This document shows, in pieces, positions 56,514 to 64,000 of a stretch of DNA of 64,000 bases (position 1 is its first letter; each line of letters begins with the position of its first letter). Made by a program: the position numbers and the translations under genes. The DNA is from a virus (Duplodnaviria; Caudoviricetes), in the IMG/VR virus record IMGVR_UViG_2974621193_000001, positions 1 through 64,000 of that record, one strand, 5' to 3'. The notes under the pieces were generated by a model. That model saw only the letters and a list, made by a program, of their open reading frames with translations. It was not told the DNA's origin and searched no databases.

Positions 56514-57074
56514 TCAGTCGTCGTCAGGCTCGGGCGAGTCTGCGAACCCGTTGTCCTCGTCGAGGTCTTGAGTCACTGTCGTGATCGGAGGCACAAAGGG
56601 CGTGTGTACCCTCGACACCTGCTCGGTATGCAGTCCTTCCCATACAGTCTTGAGTACAGGACGGTCCGGCCAGCGTTCCCCCTCCCTCTTCCATAGGACG
56701 CCTGCCTCGCGGAAGGATCGAGTGTAGTCGCCCTCGCCCGTCTCGAGCGCTCGTGCTGCGTGCAGGTCGCGCTCAGCGCAGACCGGATACGCCTCAGCAA
56801 AGGCGATGTCGAACGCACCCTTCAGTGCGGCGAGCTCATCCGTTCTTAGTGTGGTCAACTCCAGCGTAGTCCTGCCGAACTGATTGCTGACCTCGATGAA
56901 AACATCTGCACCGGGCTCGATCCCCTTGGGCTCAGGAAGAATGCGGACGACCGCCTGGGTGGTGAACACCTTGGCCCAGGCCCTGCGACCTTGACCGAAC
57001 ACACCAGGCGCGTGGCCCTTCTTCTTAAGTTGAGCTTCCCTCTTCTTGCCTGGCCCGCGCTGCGGCTGCGGCAT
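56514..57074 (-). CDS. Hypothetical protein (186 aa)
   Basis: ATG 57074 with SD GAGG. Confidence 0.65.
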   Translation of the reverse strand: MPQPQRGPGKKREAQLKKKGHAPGVFGQGRRAWAKVFTTQAVVRILPEPKGIEPGADVFIEVSNQFGRTTLELTTLRTDELAALKGAFDIAFAEAYPVCAERDLHAARALETGEGDYTRSFREAGVLWKREGERWPDRPVLKTVWEGLHTEQVSRVHTPFVPPITTVTQDLDEDNGFADSPEPDDD

Positions 57075-57282
57075 TGCGCATCCTCTCTGCTCTCGATACA
57101 TCTTTGGGGTAGTTGAATGCTGGGTCTTTGCCGAGGCAGGGATCGCACAGCCAGTCGACCACCCGAGACCTGAACACGGTCGTCGCGTTGCCAATGCCTG
57201 CGAACAGCACCTTCTTACTCGAGAGCTGATCCCTCGGTAGCTGCTTTCCGCAGACGGTGCAGGCGTAGATTGGTTCGGGCAT
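57025..57282 (-). CDS. Zinc-finger-like protein (CxxC...CxxC)
   Basis: CTVC and CDPC; SD AGAGAG. Confidence 0.65.
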   Translation of the reverse strand: MPEPIYACTVCGKQLPRDQLSSKKVLFAGIGNATTVFRSRVVDWLCDPCLGKDPAFNYPKDVSRAERMRNAAAAARARQEEGSST

Positions 57283-57294
57283 GATCTCTCTTTC

Positions 57295-58170
57295 TTACCA
57301 GGGTGCGGGTACAGCGTCGGGGAAGGATGCTGGCGATTCGGACAAACAGGTCCGACAGTATCCAAGGGTAGCCACCAGTGCTCGGTCACTACTGCCGGGG
57401 TCGAGTGCAGAATAGCTGACGTTACACTGTTTGCAATCGTAGTCGAACCCGATGCCAAGGTCAATCACTCCGTCCAGGGCGGCGAGGTAGCCCCTGATGA
57501 GCTGCTCGGACGTGAGCAGGTAGCCAGTCGGGAACTCGCCGATGTTGAGTGTGAGTGTGTCGATCACCTTGATCGGGGCTGACGGTGGCTCTGGGTCGAG
57601 GAAGGTGGGGCGGCACAGGCCGATGACCTTGTAGGTCTGCGCCTCCAAGTCAACCTTGGCACGGAAGCGTGCCCAGCCCTGGACCTTCGTGCCATTCTCG
57701 CCATAGCCCGAGGCAATCGGCCAGTCGAAGTACACCTGGGCTCTTGTCATGCCCCAGATGGCGAGGTTTGTCATGGCTTGCCATTTTGCTCCGACCGTAC
57801 TTACATCACAGAAGAACACGGGCACGTCACCCGCAGGTCCGTATGCCCTGGGGTACATGTCATAGATGAAGTCCTTGTTGACCGCCGAGTGGTTGACCTT
57901 CTGAATCTTCATCCTGCTCTGCGGCGCGCCATTGGTGGCCAGCAATCCGATGGACCCAGCGGCCACGCCCTCGGTGATGTCGTTTCGTTCGAGCGGCTCA
58001 GTCATTAACGCATGGGTGACAGAGATGGTGGCACTCATCTCGTAGTTTGCGAAGTTCTTCATCGAGTTGGCGATTGACTCGATCTTGGTTGCATACTCTT
58101 CATGCTCGGACGGAGCAAAGAGCGGCTCCTCAAGTCTGGCTATCGCCTTCTGTAGGCCAACTACAGACAT
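57295..58170 (-). CDS. Hypothetical protein (291 aa), C-terminal CxxC...CxxC
   Basis: SD GGAGG before ATG 58170. Confidence 0.7.
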   Translation of the reverse strand: MSVVGLQKAIARLEEPLFAPSEHEEYATKIESIANSMKNFANYEMSATISVTHALMTEPLERNDITEGVAAGSIGLLATNGAPQSRMKIQKVNHSAVNKDFIYDMYPRAYGPAGDVPVFFCDVSTVGAKWQAMTNLAIWGMTRAQVYFDWPIASGYGENGTKVQGWARFRAKVDLEAQTYKVIGLCRPTFLDPEPPSAPIKVIDTLTLNIGEFPTGYLLTSEQLIRGYLAALDGVIDLGIGFDYDCKQCNVSYSALDPGSSDRALVATLGYCRTCLSESPASFPDAVPAPW

Positions 58171-58609
58171 GTTCGTCACCTCCTGTGATGTGTGATGCGG
58201 CAAGACCCCCTGATAGGGGAGGACTGATAACGTCAGCGAACCGTCGGGACTCACTCGGGTCAAGTAGCCCTGCCTTATGGAGATTGTATATTGCCTGATG
58301 CTCTCCGATGGGTCGGCCCCCGCGCCTCCGACGCTTCCGTCCCACCCGAGTACCACTTCCCCCGGCTTCAGGTTTGGACCAAATGCCTGGATCGGCAGGG
58401 GCTTGCTCTGTATCCACCCCCCTCTTGGGAACTTCTCCTTGCGGGGCTTCTTCTTTTGCTTCTCCCCCGCTAGCAGGCGCCTTCTTTCCTCCCGCCTTTG
58501 CTGTGCGCTTTCGTGGAGTAGCTTTCGGTTTCGGCTTGGGTGCCACCCCTTCGCACTCACAGGGCGCCGCCTCGCAGAACATGCACAGCTCTGGTCCCTT
58601 CTTCGCCAT
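58130..58609 (-). CDS. Hypothetical protein, CMFC..PCEC N-terminus, Lys/Pro-rich
   Basis: TAATG overlap. Confidence 0.6.
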   Translation of the reverse strand: MAKKGPELCMFCEAAPCECEGVAPKPKPKATPRKRTAKAGGKKAPASGGEAKEEAPQGEVPKRGVDTEQAPADPGIWSKPEAGGSGTRVGRKRRRRGGRPIGEHQAIYNLHKAGLLDPSESRRFADVISPPLSGGLAASHITGGDEHVCSWPTEGDSQT

Positions 58610-58779
58610 TACTCCACCGGCTTGATGAGCGCCACGTTCTTGCCGTCGATCTGCTTGAAGTCCCCAGTCGGCTCGTAGGTGTCACCGTTCTCGGCGTCGA
58701 GCAGGTATACCTTCTCGGTACCGCTGCGGTTCTTGGTGGCCAGCTTGACTAGCCCTTCCTTGAAGTCGAAGAGGTTCAT
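58609..58779 (-). CDS. Hypothetical protein (56 aa), not in ORF track
   Basis: Manual translation MNLFDFKEGLVKLATK...; ATGA overlap. Confidence 0.6.
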   Translation of the reverse strand: MNLFDFKEGLVKLATKNRSGTEKVYLLDAENGDTYEPTGDFKQIDGKNVALIKPVE

Positions 58780-59021
58780 GCGGGTCCGCTCATCTCCATC
58801 GTGTGATACCCGGCAGCGTAGCCGGCGAGTCCCACAGCTTCGGCGTGTGTTCCACCGATCAGGGTGGATCGGTACTGTTCCTTGGTATCGAATGGCGAGG
58901 CAAGGCGCAGTGCGATCACCATGCTGGCGATGACGTGCGAGTCGTCTGCAGCCTCGGCTGCTACCAGGTATGCGTGCACAGCCTCCTGCACTTTGCGTTC
59001 GTGTTCTGCAAGGTCACTCAA
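58776..59021 (-). CDS. Hypothetical protein (81 aa)
   Basis: SD GGAGG before TTG 59021. Confidence 0.65.
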   Translation of the reverse strand: MSDLAEHERKVQEAVHAYLVAAEAADDSHVIASMVIALRLASPFDTKEQYRSTLIGGTHAEAVGLAGYAAGYHTMEMSGPA

Positions 59022-59051
59022 GTGTATGGCCTCCTTCAAGTTGATAAGCGA

Positions 59052-59081
59052 ATGGTACCATACGCGGTACTAGTTTGTCAA
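59052..59081 (-). promoter_or_regulatory. SigA-type promoter
   Basis: TTGACA-18-TACCAT with TGG extension. Confidence 0.8.
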
Positions 59082-59085
59082 ATCG

Positions 59086-59814
59086 CTAGAGCTTGCTGAC
59101 CTCGTGGTCATATTGCTCCTGCGAGATCTTCAGCATCGCCATGATTGGGCCAGCTGGAATGCCCTTGCCATGCATGTTCTTCAGGTGCGTGCGCTCGTCA
59201 TCATTGAGCGCCTTGAACTTGCCGGTCTTGGGGTTGGATGCAGGCGAGGAAGCCTTGGGCTGCGGACGCGCAGCCTTGATCTCCCTGGACGGAGCGGGCA
59301 TCGGGTTGTAGCCCTGACAGCCGGGCGTGTCCATGAAGTCGATCTGCCCGGCGTTCATCCGGTATCTCTTGAGCGACCACTTGCTCACGGCAGCAACGTC
59401 GTCGAAGTGAGGAACACTCATGAGCTGGATCGCGATTGCCAGGCCCATCGCCTGGCCCTGCAACTTGAAGTAACCCTCGAGCTCATCGGGAGTCATCTCG
59501 TCGTTCTTGAACCGGGGCCGCTGCTCCATGATCGCTTTGGTCACATGGTCGAGCTCGTCCCACATCTTCTCCAGGATGCTTGGCCCTCTTGCCATCAGGC
59601 CTCCCTCCTCGTTGAATGTGTACGCAGGCCCGAGGTATGGGCACTGGTCATTGTCGTGATGGCGCTGCTTCTCTGCGCGTGCGCCTTCCGCGCTGCGGTG
59701 GTAGGTCATCCACCGACACCCAGGAGCACCACACTCGAACGTGTAGTCGAGGTGGTGCTCATGGTCTGGCTGGTTCAGTGTCGGATATATCTCCGGCCAG
59801 GTGGGGTACGTCAC
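59086..59814 (-). CDS. Hypothetical protein (242 aa) with His/Cys N-terminus and internal SD-ATG
   Basis: SD GGAGG; internal GGAGG-ATG at MARGPS. Confidence 0.7.
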   Translation of the reverse strand: MTYPTWPEIYPTLNQPDHEHHLDYTFECGAPGCRWMTYHRSAEGARAEKQRHHDNDQCPYLGPAYTFNEEGGLMARGPSILEKMWDELDHVTKAIMEQRPRFKNDEMTPDELEGYFKLQGQAMGLAIAIQLMSVPHFDDVAAVSKWSLKRYRMNAGQIDFMDTPGCQGYNPMPAPSREIKAARPQPKASSPASNPKTGKFKALNDDERTHLKNMHGKGIPAGPIMAMLKISQEQYDHEVSKL

Positions 59815-59821
59815 TGTCCTC

Positions 59822-59959
59822 CTAGAGGATCGTGTCGAGTATCTCTTCTTCTTCAGGAGTCAACGGGACCTGCAGGTCGGACCAGTACTCCGATACACTC
59901 TCGGGTACCGGCCCGACCTCTTCCTCCGCAGGTCCGTAGTAGTACGGCCCGCCCTGCAT
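59822..59959 (-). CDS. Small acidic protein (45 aa), not in ORF track
   Basis: Manual translation MQGGPYYYGPAEEE...; TGATG overlap. Confidence 0.45.
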   Translation of the reverse strand: MQGGPYYYGPAEEEVGPVPESVSEYWSDLQVPLTPEEEEILDTIL

Positions 59960-60375
59960 CAGATGCAGTAGGTGTACGCACCGCTCGAGCCACCGAAGTC
60001 GGTGGACTCGCTGACCATCACGCCGTTCCGGTAGATGGCACAGTAGATCTTGCCCGGCCCGAACGACTCGATGCTCGTGGACAGCCCGCCGAACCCGCCG
60101 TCAGCGACCACGGTGTAGTCCCAGGTCGCGCACTTCCAGCCGGGGATCGAGGTGTTGCCGATGATGTTGACGTGCTCGCGCTCGTCATTGCCGTACTGGT
60201 TCGTGCGATCCAGTACCACCGGGTTGTTGTCGGCCTCGGTGCAGTTGACCAGGCGGATGCGGTCCCACTCGTCGACGATGACTGCGCTGGCGGGCGCCGG
60301 GATCAGGGCAGCCCCGGCGATGACTCCGAGCGTTGCAGCTCCGGTGATCAGGTGGGCCTTCATCTTCTTCAGCAT
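59959..60375 (-). CDS. Secreted protein with signal peptide and MmpS-like C-terminus
   Basis: KK + hydrophobic + ASA cleavage site; IYCAIYRNG..V...YC. Confidence 0.65.
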   Translation of the reverse strand: MLKKMKAHLITGAATLGVIAGAALIPAPASAVIVDEWDRIRLVNCTEADNNPVVLDRTNQYGNDEREHVNIIGNTSIPGWKCATWDYTVVADGGFGGLSTSIESFGPGKIYCAIYRNGVMVSESTDFGGSSGAYTYCI

Positions 60376-60419
60376 TTGGATTCTCACTTTCGGTAGTAGG
60401 TTGGTGGCCGAGTCGAACG

Positions 60420-60716
60420 TCAGTCCTCGGCGGGCGCTTCCGTTTCGGACTCGGTCGGCTCCGGCGTCACCTCGACCTCGACCTCTTCGGTCTTGGTGAC
60501 GGTGACCGTGGGCTCGGGTGCCGGGCTGCCGGGATCGACTGCCGGAGCTCCGCCGACCTGCGGGATGACGGGCGGGCAAGGCGCGATGCCGCCGGGGACC
60601 TCGATGACACAGGCCTTTGCGGGTGCAGGGGTCGGCGTGGTGGCGAGGGCGAGGGCGGGTGCTCCGACGGACAGTGCGAGTGCCGAGGCGAATGCGATCT
60701 TCTTGAGGACGGTCAT
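60420..60716 (-). CDS. Secreted Pro/Thr/Glu-rich protein with signal peptide
   Basis: KK + hydrophobic + ALA site; SD AAGGAG. Confidence 0.7.
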   Translation of the reverse strand: MTVLKKIAFASALALSVGAPALALATTPTPAPAKACVIEVPGGIAPCPPVIPQVGGAPAVDPGSPAPEPTVTVTKTEEVEVEVTPEPTESETEAPAED

Positions 60717-60771
60717 GTGGTACTCCTTTGTTTGTTGTGACAGATAGAACTGGTACTACTAGGTAACTAAC

Positions 60772-60810
60772 GCTAAGCCCGAGCCATGATCCATATGGCT
60801 CGGGCTTAGC
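60772..60810 (-). terminator. Stem-loop terminator
   Basis: Perfect 16-bp inverted repeat GCTAAGCCCGAGCCAT/ATGGCTCGGGCTTAGC. Confidence 0.7.
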
Positions 60811-60839
60811 TCTGTCCCACTTGTGCAGTACGCGGTGGG

Positions 60840-61259
60840 TCAGTTCTTGTCGCCGGCCTCCGACTTGTCCTTGTCGGCGGGCGGGTCGGCGTGGAAGTGC
60901 GACAGCGGCGCGTGGTCGATCCCGTCGTGGAAGGACAGTGCCTGCTCCGGTGGCATCGCGTTGATGTCTGCGAGGGCGTAGCCGTGGCGATCCACGAGGT
61001 GGCGCTTCACCGAGTCGAGGTTGACGATGTTGAGGCGGCGTGCCTTCATCTCGGGCTCGGCCTCGGTGGCGATTCGGATGTCGGCGATCTGATCACCCGG
61101 CACCAGGGTCAGGGACGAGCGGCCCTTCTCCTTGAAGGCGATGCCCTTCGGGGATGCCGAAGCGACGGTGCCGATGACGGCCTCTTCGGCGCCGACGGTG
61201 AGCAGTTCGACTCGCTTGTCGGTGTAGTCGGTGAGCTGGAGCTCGGTTGCGGCGGTCAT
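60840..61259 (-). CDS. Hypothetical protein (139 aa)
   Basis: SD AGGAGG; strong GC3 bias. Confidence 0.8.
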   Translation of the reverse strand: MTAATELQLTDYTDKRVELLTVGAEEAVIGTVASASPKGIAFKEKGRSSLTLVPGDQIADIRIATEAEPEMKARRLNIVNLDSVKRHLVDRHGYALADINAMPPEQALSFHDGIDHAPLSHFHADPPADKDKSEAGDKN

Positions 61260-61316
61260 TGTGTCCTCCTATGTAGCGTTTCCGGTGGTCAGGGCGGTGG
61301 TCCGCCGTACCCGTTA

Positions 61317-61346
61317 ATAGTACCACGGGCACGGTGGCACCCGCAA
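61317..61346 (-). promoter_or_regulatory. SigA-type promoter
   Basis: TTGCGG-18-TACTAT with TGG extension. Confidence 0.75.
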
Positions 61347-61380
61347 CCCCGAAAACCCCACATCTTTCAGGGGAACGAAC

Positions 61381-61947
61381 TCACCCGGCACGCAACACCT
61401 GCAAGGTCTCGAGTCCCTTGACGCCCATGAACTTCACGAGCTCAGCCCAGGGCATCGGGGAGATCGCACGCCTGCCGGCCGAGACGTACCACATGATTCG
61501 GTAGCCGAAGACTTCCATGTCAGGGTGTGCATCACTACTGCGGATGTACTCCTGCGGGATGCCGATGGCGACGAACTCGTAGGTCTTGGTCTCGTCCCGG
61601 CTGTACCGCTTACGGAAGGCGACGACCGGCGAGTCACCGTCGGCATTGGGCTTCGGCTCACGGCTGAGCATCTCCCGAGTCAGCGCCTCCTGCGCCATCT
61701 CGGCGGCACGCTGGTGATCCTCGACTCGCTTCTCGGCGAGGCGCAGGGAGTCCAGCGAGGTGGCCAGGAGGTTGGCGAGCTGTGCCACACTCATGCCGTC
61801 GCCGGTGGTGTTCTGCCCGACCTGGACGGAGCCTGTGAGGTCCTCGCCCTTGTCGGTGATCGCCGCTAGACGCGCGGCGCGACACTTGGCTCGAGCATGG
61901 TTCGTCTTCTTGTGCGTGCAGTTCTTGTGACTCATCGGCTTTGCCAT
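61381..61947 (-). CDS. Hypothetical protein, N-terminal H-x2-C-x-H...AR-x2-CR motif
   Basis: SD AAGGAG. Confidence 0.75.
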   Translation of the reverse strand: MAKPMSHKNCTHKKTNHARAKCRAARLAAITDKGEDLTGSVQVGQNTTGDGMSVAQLANLLATSLDSLRLAEKRVEDHQRAAEMAQEALTREMLSREPKPNADGDSPVVAFRKRYSRDETKTYEFVAIGIPQEYIRSSDAHPDMEVFGYRIMWYVSAGRRAISPMPWAELVKFMGVKGLETLQVLRAG

Positions 61948-61951
61948 GCAG

Positions 61952-62170
61952 TTATCTCCTTCGTTCGGCCTGGAGCCTGATCTTCAGGCCCAGGTATTCG
62001 GACGAGGGAAGGGCTTCGTACTTACCCGTCTCCTCGTTCTTCTTCTCGATGACCGTGAAGATGTATCGGTTATCTATCTCGATCATCGCACGCACAGCGT
62101 CCTCAAGCTCCGGCCAGGTGTTCGGGGTCACGAGCTTGTAGGGCGTGTGCGTGATGGCGCAGCGGTACAT
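61952..62170 (-). CDS. Hypothetical protein (72 aa)
   Basis: TGATG overlap. Confidence 0.65.
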   Translation of the reverse strand: MYRCAITHTPYKLVTPNTWPELEDAVRAMIEIDNRYIFTVIEKKNEETGKYEALPSSEYLGLKIRLQAERRR

Positions 62171-62481
62171 CAGGTTGGTCTCGTGATCGTCACGTTCGGC
62201 CGCTCGTTGTCGAGGTCGGCGATGATCTCGGAGGCAGGCATCACGCCCACACTCTCGCGGCGTGACATGATGGTGATTGCTGCTGCCACGTCTCTCGCAT
62301 TCATCTTTACCTTGACCGTGTCTCCGTCGACAAGCATGATCTCGGCAGCCGCCTTGCCGTACTCGTCAACGGAAGTAATCTTGTCGATGACGACGAAGAC
62401 GTACTCGGCCTTGTCCCCCTCCTCGAATGGAGGAGTCTTGGGAGCGTAGGCGAACCGCTCGAACTGAAGCAGCTGGATCAC
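62170..62481 (-). CDS. Hypothetical protein (103 aa)
   Basis: SD GGAGG. Confidence 0.7.
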   Translation of the reverse strand: MIQLLQFERFAYAPKTPPFEEGDKAEYVFVVIDKITSVDEYGKAAAEIMLVDGDTVKVKMNARDVAAAITIMSRRESVGVMPASEIIADLDNERPNVTITRPT

Positions 62482-62482
62482 G

Positions 62483-62779
62483 TCAGTCCTCCGTCGGTCG
62501 GTCGGCGTTCGGGTCCACCTTCTCGCTCGACTTCGGATCGTTCGGCATGACGACAGCGCCCCGGTTGCCGAGCTCGGACTTCATGGCTTCCATGATCTCC
62601 CTGGTGCGCTTGGCCTTCTCTTCCTTGTCCTCGATGCGGACGAGTTGTTCCAGCGAACCGGCGGCGAGGCGCACGATCTCACCGGGCTCGATGTCCTTGT
62701 TGGTGAACAGCTCCACCCGGAACTCCAGCTCAGCCTTGTCCTGGTTGCTGTCGTCCTCGAGCTCTAGTATTACTCGCAT
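62483..62779 (-). CDS. Hypothetical protein (98 aa)
   Basis: SD GAGGAG. Confidence 0.7.
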   Translation of the reverse strand: MRVILELEDDSNQDKAELEFRVELFTNKDIEPGEIVRLAAGSLEQLVRIEDKEEKAKRTREIMEAMKSELGNRGAVVMPNDPKSSEKVDPNADRPTED

Positions 62780-63378
62780 TGGTTCTCCTCAATTCGTTTC
62801 GTCTGATTGCGGTACTCAGGTGGTGGTAACAGGCGCTCGTCTATTGCTGCGAGACGAGCGCGAGCACCCTCCTGGTAAGCTTTCACTCGGGCCATAACAT
62901 ACTCATTACTCTGTGGGGTAGATGGTGGCCAGTCCCCAATGCCGGGGCCGAGCTTGATCGGATCACTGATCGGATAGGTGCCTACCAGTTCGGTTTGCGG
63001 GTGCCGCCTACCCCTACCTTTGGGCCGCTTGGGCTTCTTGATTCGGTTAGCTCTTCGGTCACGCTGGCTTTGCTCAGAGCGTAGCCTACGTTCCCAGTGG
63101 TCGAACGTCTCGTTATGCCAGCGTCCGTTCTCCTTTGTTCCGATCCAGATGGTCATGCTGGGGAGTCGGTGTCCCCGTCTTGAGTTGCACAGCATGTGCG
63201 AAGGGCGTAGATTCTTTTCATCATCCGTGCCACCATGATACCTGGGTATGTAGTGATCCACATTGAGGGACCAGTGCCCGCCCCTCGTTTCGTAGTCGAT
63301 GGGCTCACTACATATCCAGCAGTCAGGCTTCTCTTCTCTACACTTGAATCGGAACAGATCGAGCTGTGTCCAGCTCAT
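62770..63378 (-). CDS. HNH endonuclease
   Basis: CWIC...VDHYIPRYHGG...NL..SH..CN..RG. Confidence 0.88.
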   Translation of the reverse strand: MSWTQLDLFRFKCREEKPDCWICSEPIDYETRGGHWSLNVDHYIPRYHGGTDDEKNLRPSHMLCNSRRGHRLPSMTIWIGTKENGRWHNETFDHWERRLRSEQSQRDRRANRIKKPKRPKGRGRRHPQTELVGTYPISDPIKLGPGIGDWPPSTPQSNEYVMARVKAYQEGARARLAAIDERLLPPPEYRNQTKRIEENQCE

Positions 63379-63668
63379 CTTCGCTGGTGTGCGTGTTCGA
63401 GTAGCAGCTCGACACGGAACTTGCCGAGCTGTTCACGACTGACACCACCGGACACCTGGTACCCTTCGGGGTACTTGTACCGGCGACCGAGCACGTAGCC
63501 TGTGCGGCGCTCCACCTTGGTGATGCGCTCGGTGTTGCACTTCATGCACTGGAGTTCTTCGAGTATCCAGTGCTTGTTGAAGCTGATCCCGACTGTGTCA
63601 TAGTCGTGACCATTCACCCGGCATCTCGTGTGCTCGGGCAGTACTGCACGCTTCTTACTCAAGTCCAC
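63375..63668 (-). CDS. Hypothetical protein with Cys/His motif (97 aa)
   Basis: SD GGAGG; CRVNGH...CMKC. Confidence 0.65.
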   Translation of the reverse strand: MDLSKKRAVLPEHTRCRVNGHDYDTVGISFNKHWILEELQCMKCNTERITKVERRTGYVLGRRYKYPEGYQVSGGVSREQLGKFRVELLLEHAHQRR

Positions 63669-63994
63669 CTCCTTGCTTCTTCGTTCCAGGTCTTGACCCC
63701 GGAGTCCTCGGTGTGTAGCTGGACATCGAGCCTGGTCTCGTAGTCATACTCACCCGAGACCACCTGCCCCTGGCCCAGAACCACCAGCCCTGCGTTGCCG
63801 TAAGGGGTGGGTGGAAACAGGTGGATGATGCGCAGCTCGGCGATGTTGATATCGTCCACGTCTGCGTTCTCGAGGACGATCTCGTAGTCGTCGGGCAACC
63901 CCTCGAGTGCAGCCTTCATCTCGCCCACTGATGTGGACCACTTGTTGGACCACTCGTCGCTACCCTCGACGGGCTCTGGTATGAATCTTCCCAC
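63659..63994 (-). CDS. Hypothetical protein, possibly 5'-truncated by the window edge
   Basis: Open frame reaching near 64000. Confidence 0.6.
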   Translation of the reverse strand: MGRFIPEPVEGSDEWSNKWSTSVGEMKAALEGLPDDYEIVLENADVDDINIAELRIIHLFPPTPYGNAGLVVLGQGQVVSGEYDYETRLDVQLHTEDSGVKTWNEEARRWT

Positions 63995-64000
63995 GTCTAC

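Overview
The whole window reads as most of the genome of a ~60% GC actinobacteriophage with siphovirus organisation. The Gordonia-type split lysin A, cutinase-like lysin B and WhiB point to a mycolata host (inference). Layout: AT-rich repeat-bearing non-coding left end (1-780); a leftward replication block (AEP primase-polymerase, Zn-finger/DUF3987-type helicase; 842-5330); a rightward virion and lysis operon (5479-41759: putative TerS fusion, TerL, DUF935-type portal, SGNH esterase, Mu-like protease/scaffold, decoration protein, capsid, neck, tail tube, tRNA-Asn, -1 frameshifted chaperones, 3341-aa tape measure, minor tails, holin, split lysin A); and a leftward DNA-metabolism/accessory arm (41756-64000: Cas4-like exonuclease, WhiB, DNA methylase, lysin B, MazG, RusA, DUF4406, beta clamp, Orn, SNF2 helicase, SSB-like, HTHs, secreted proteins, HNH). 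No integrase, repressor, family A/B/C DNA polymerase or CRISPR array was recognised. The most notable observations are: (1) an endonuclease VII cassette that duplicates and synonymously recodes the capsid C-terminus, with its start codon buried in a 17-bp hairpin that contains its own leaderless promoter; (2) a WhiB gene absent from the ORF track with no in-frame canonical start, reachable by a -1 shift, possibly at a G6 tract; (3) a probable degenerate TGT/DpdA-like domain fused to a Cys4 finger and TerS-like helices; (4) a phage beta clamp together with phage proteins carrying clamp-binding-like motifs; (5) an iteron-like array at the left end. All family assignments come from visual motif recognition; no database searches were run.
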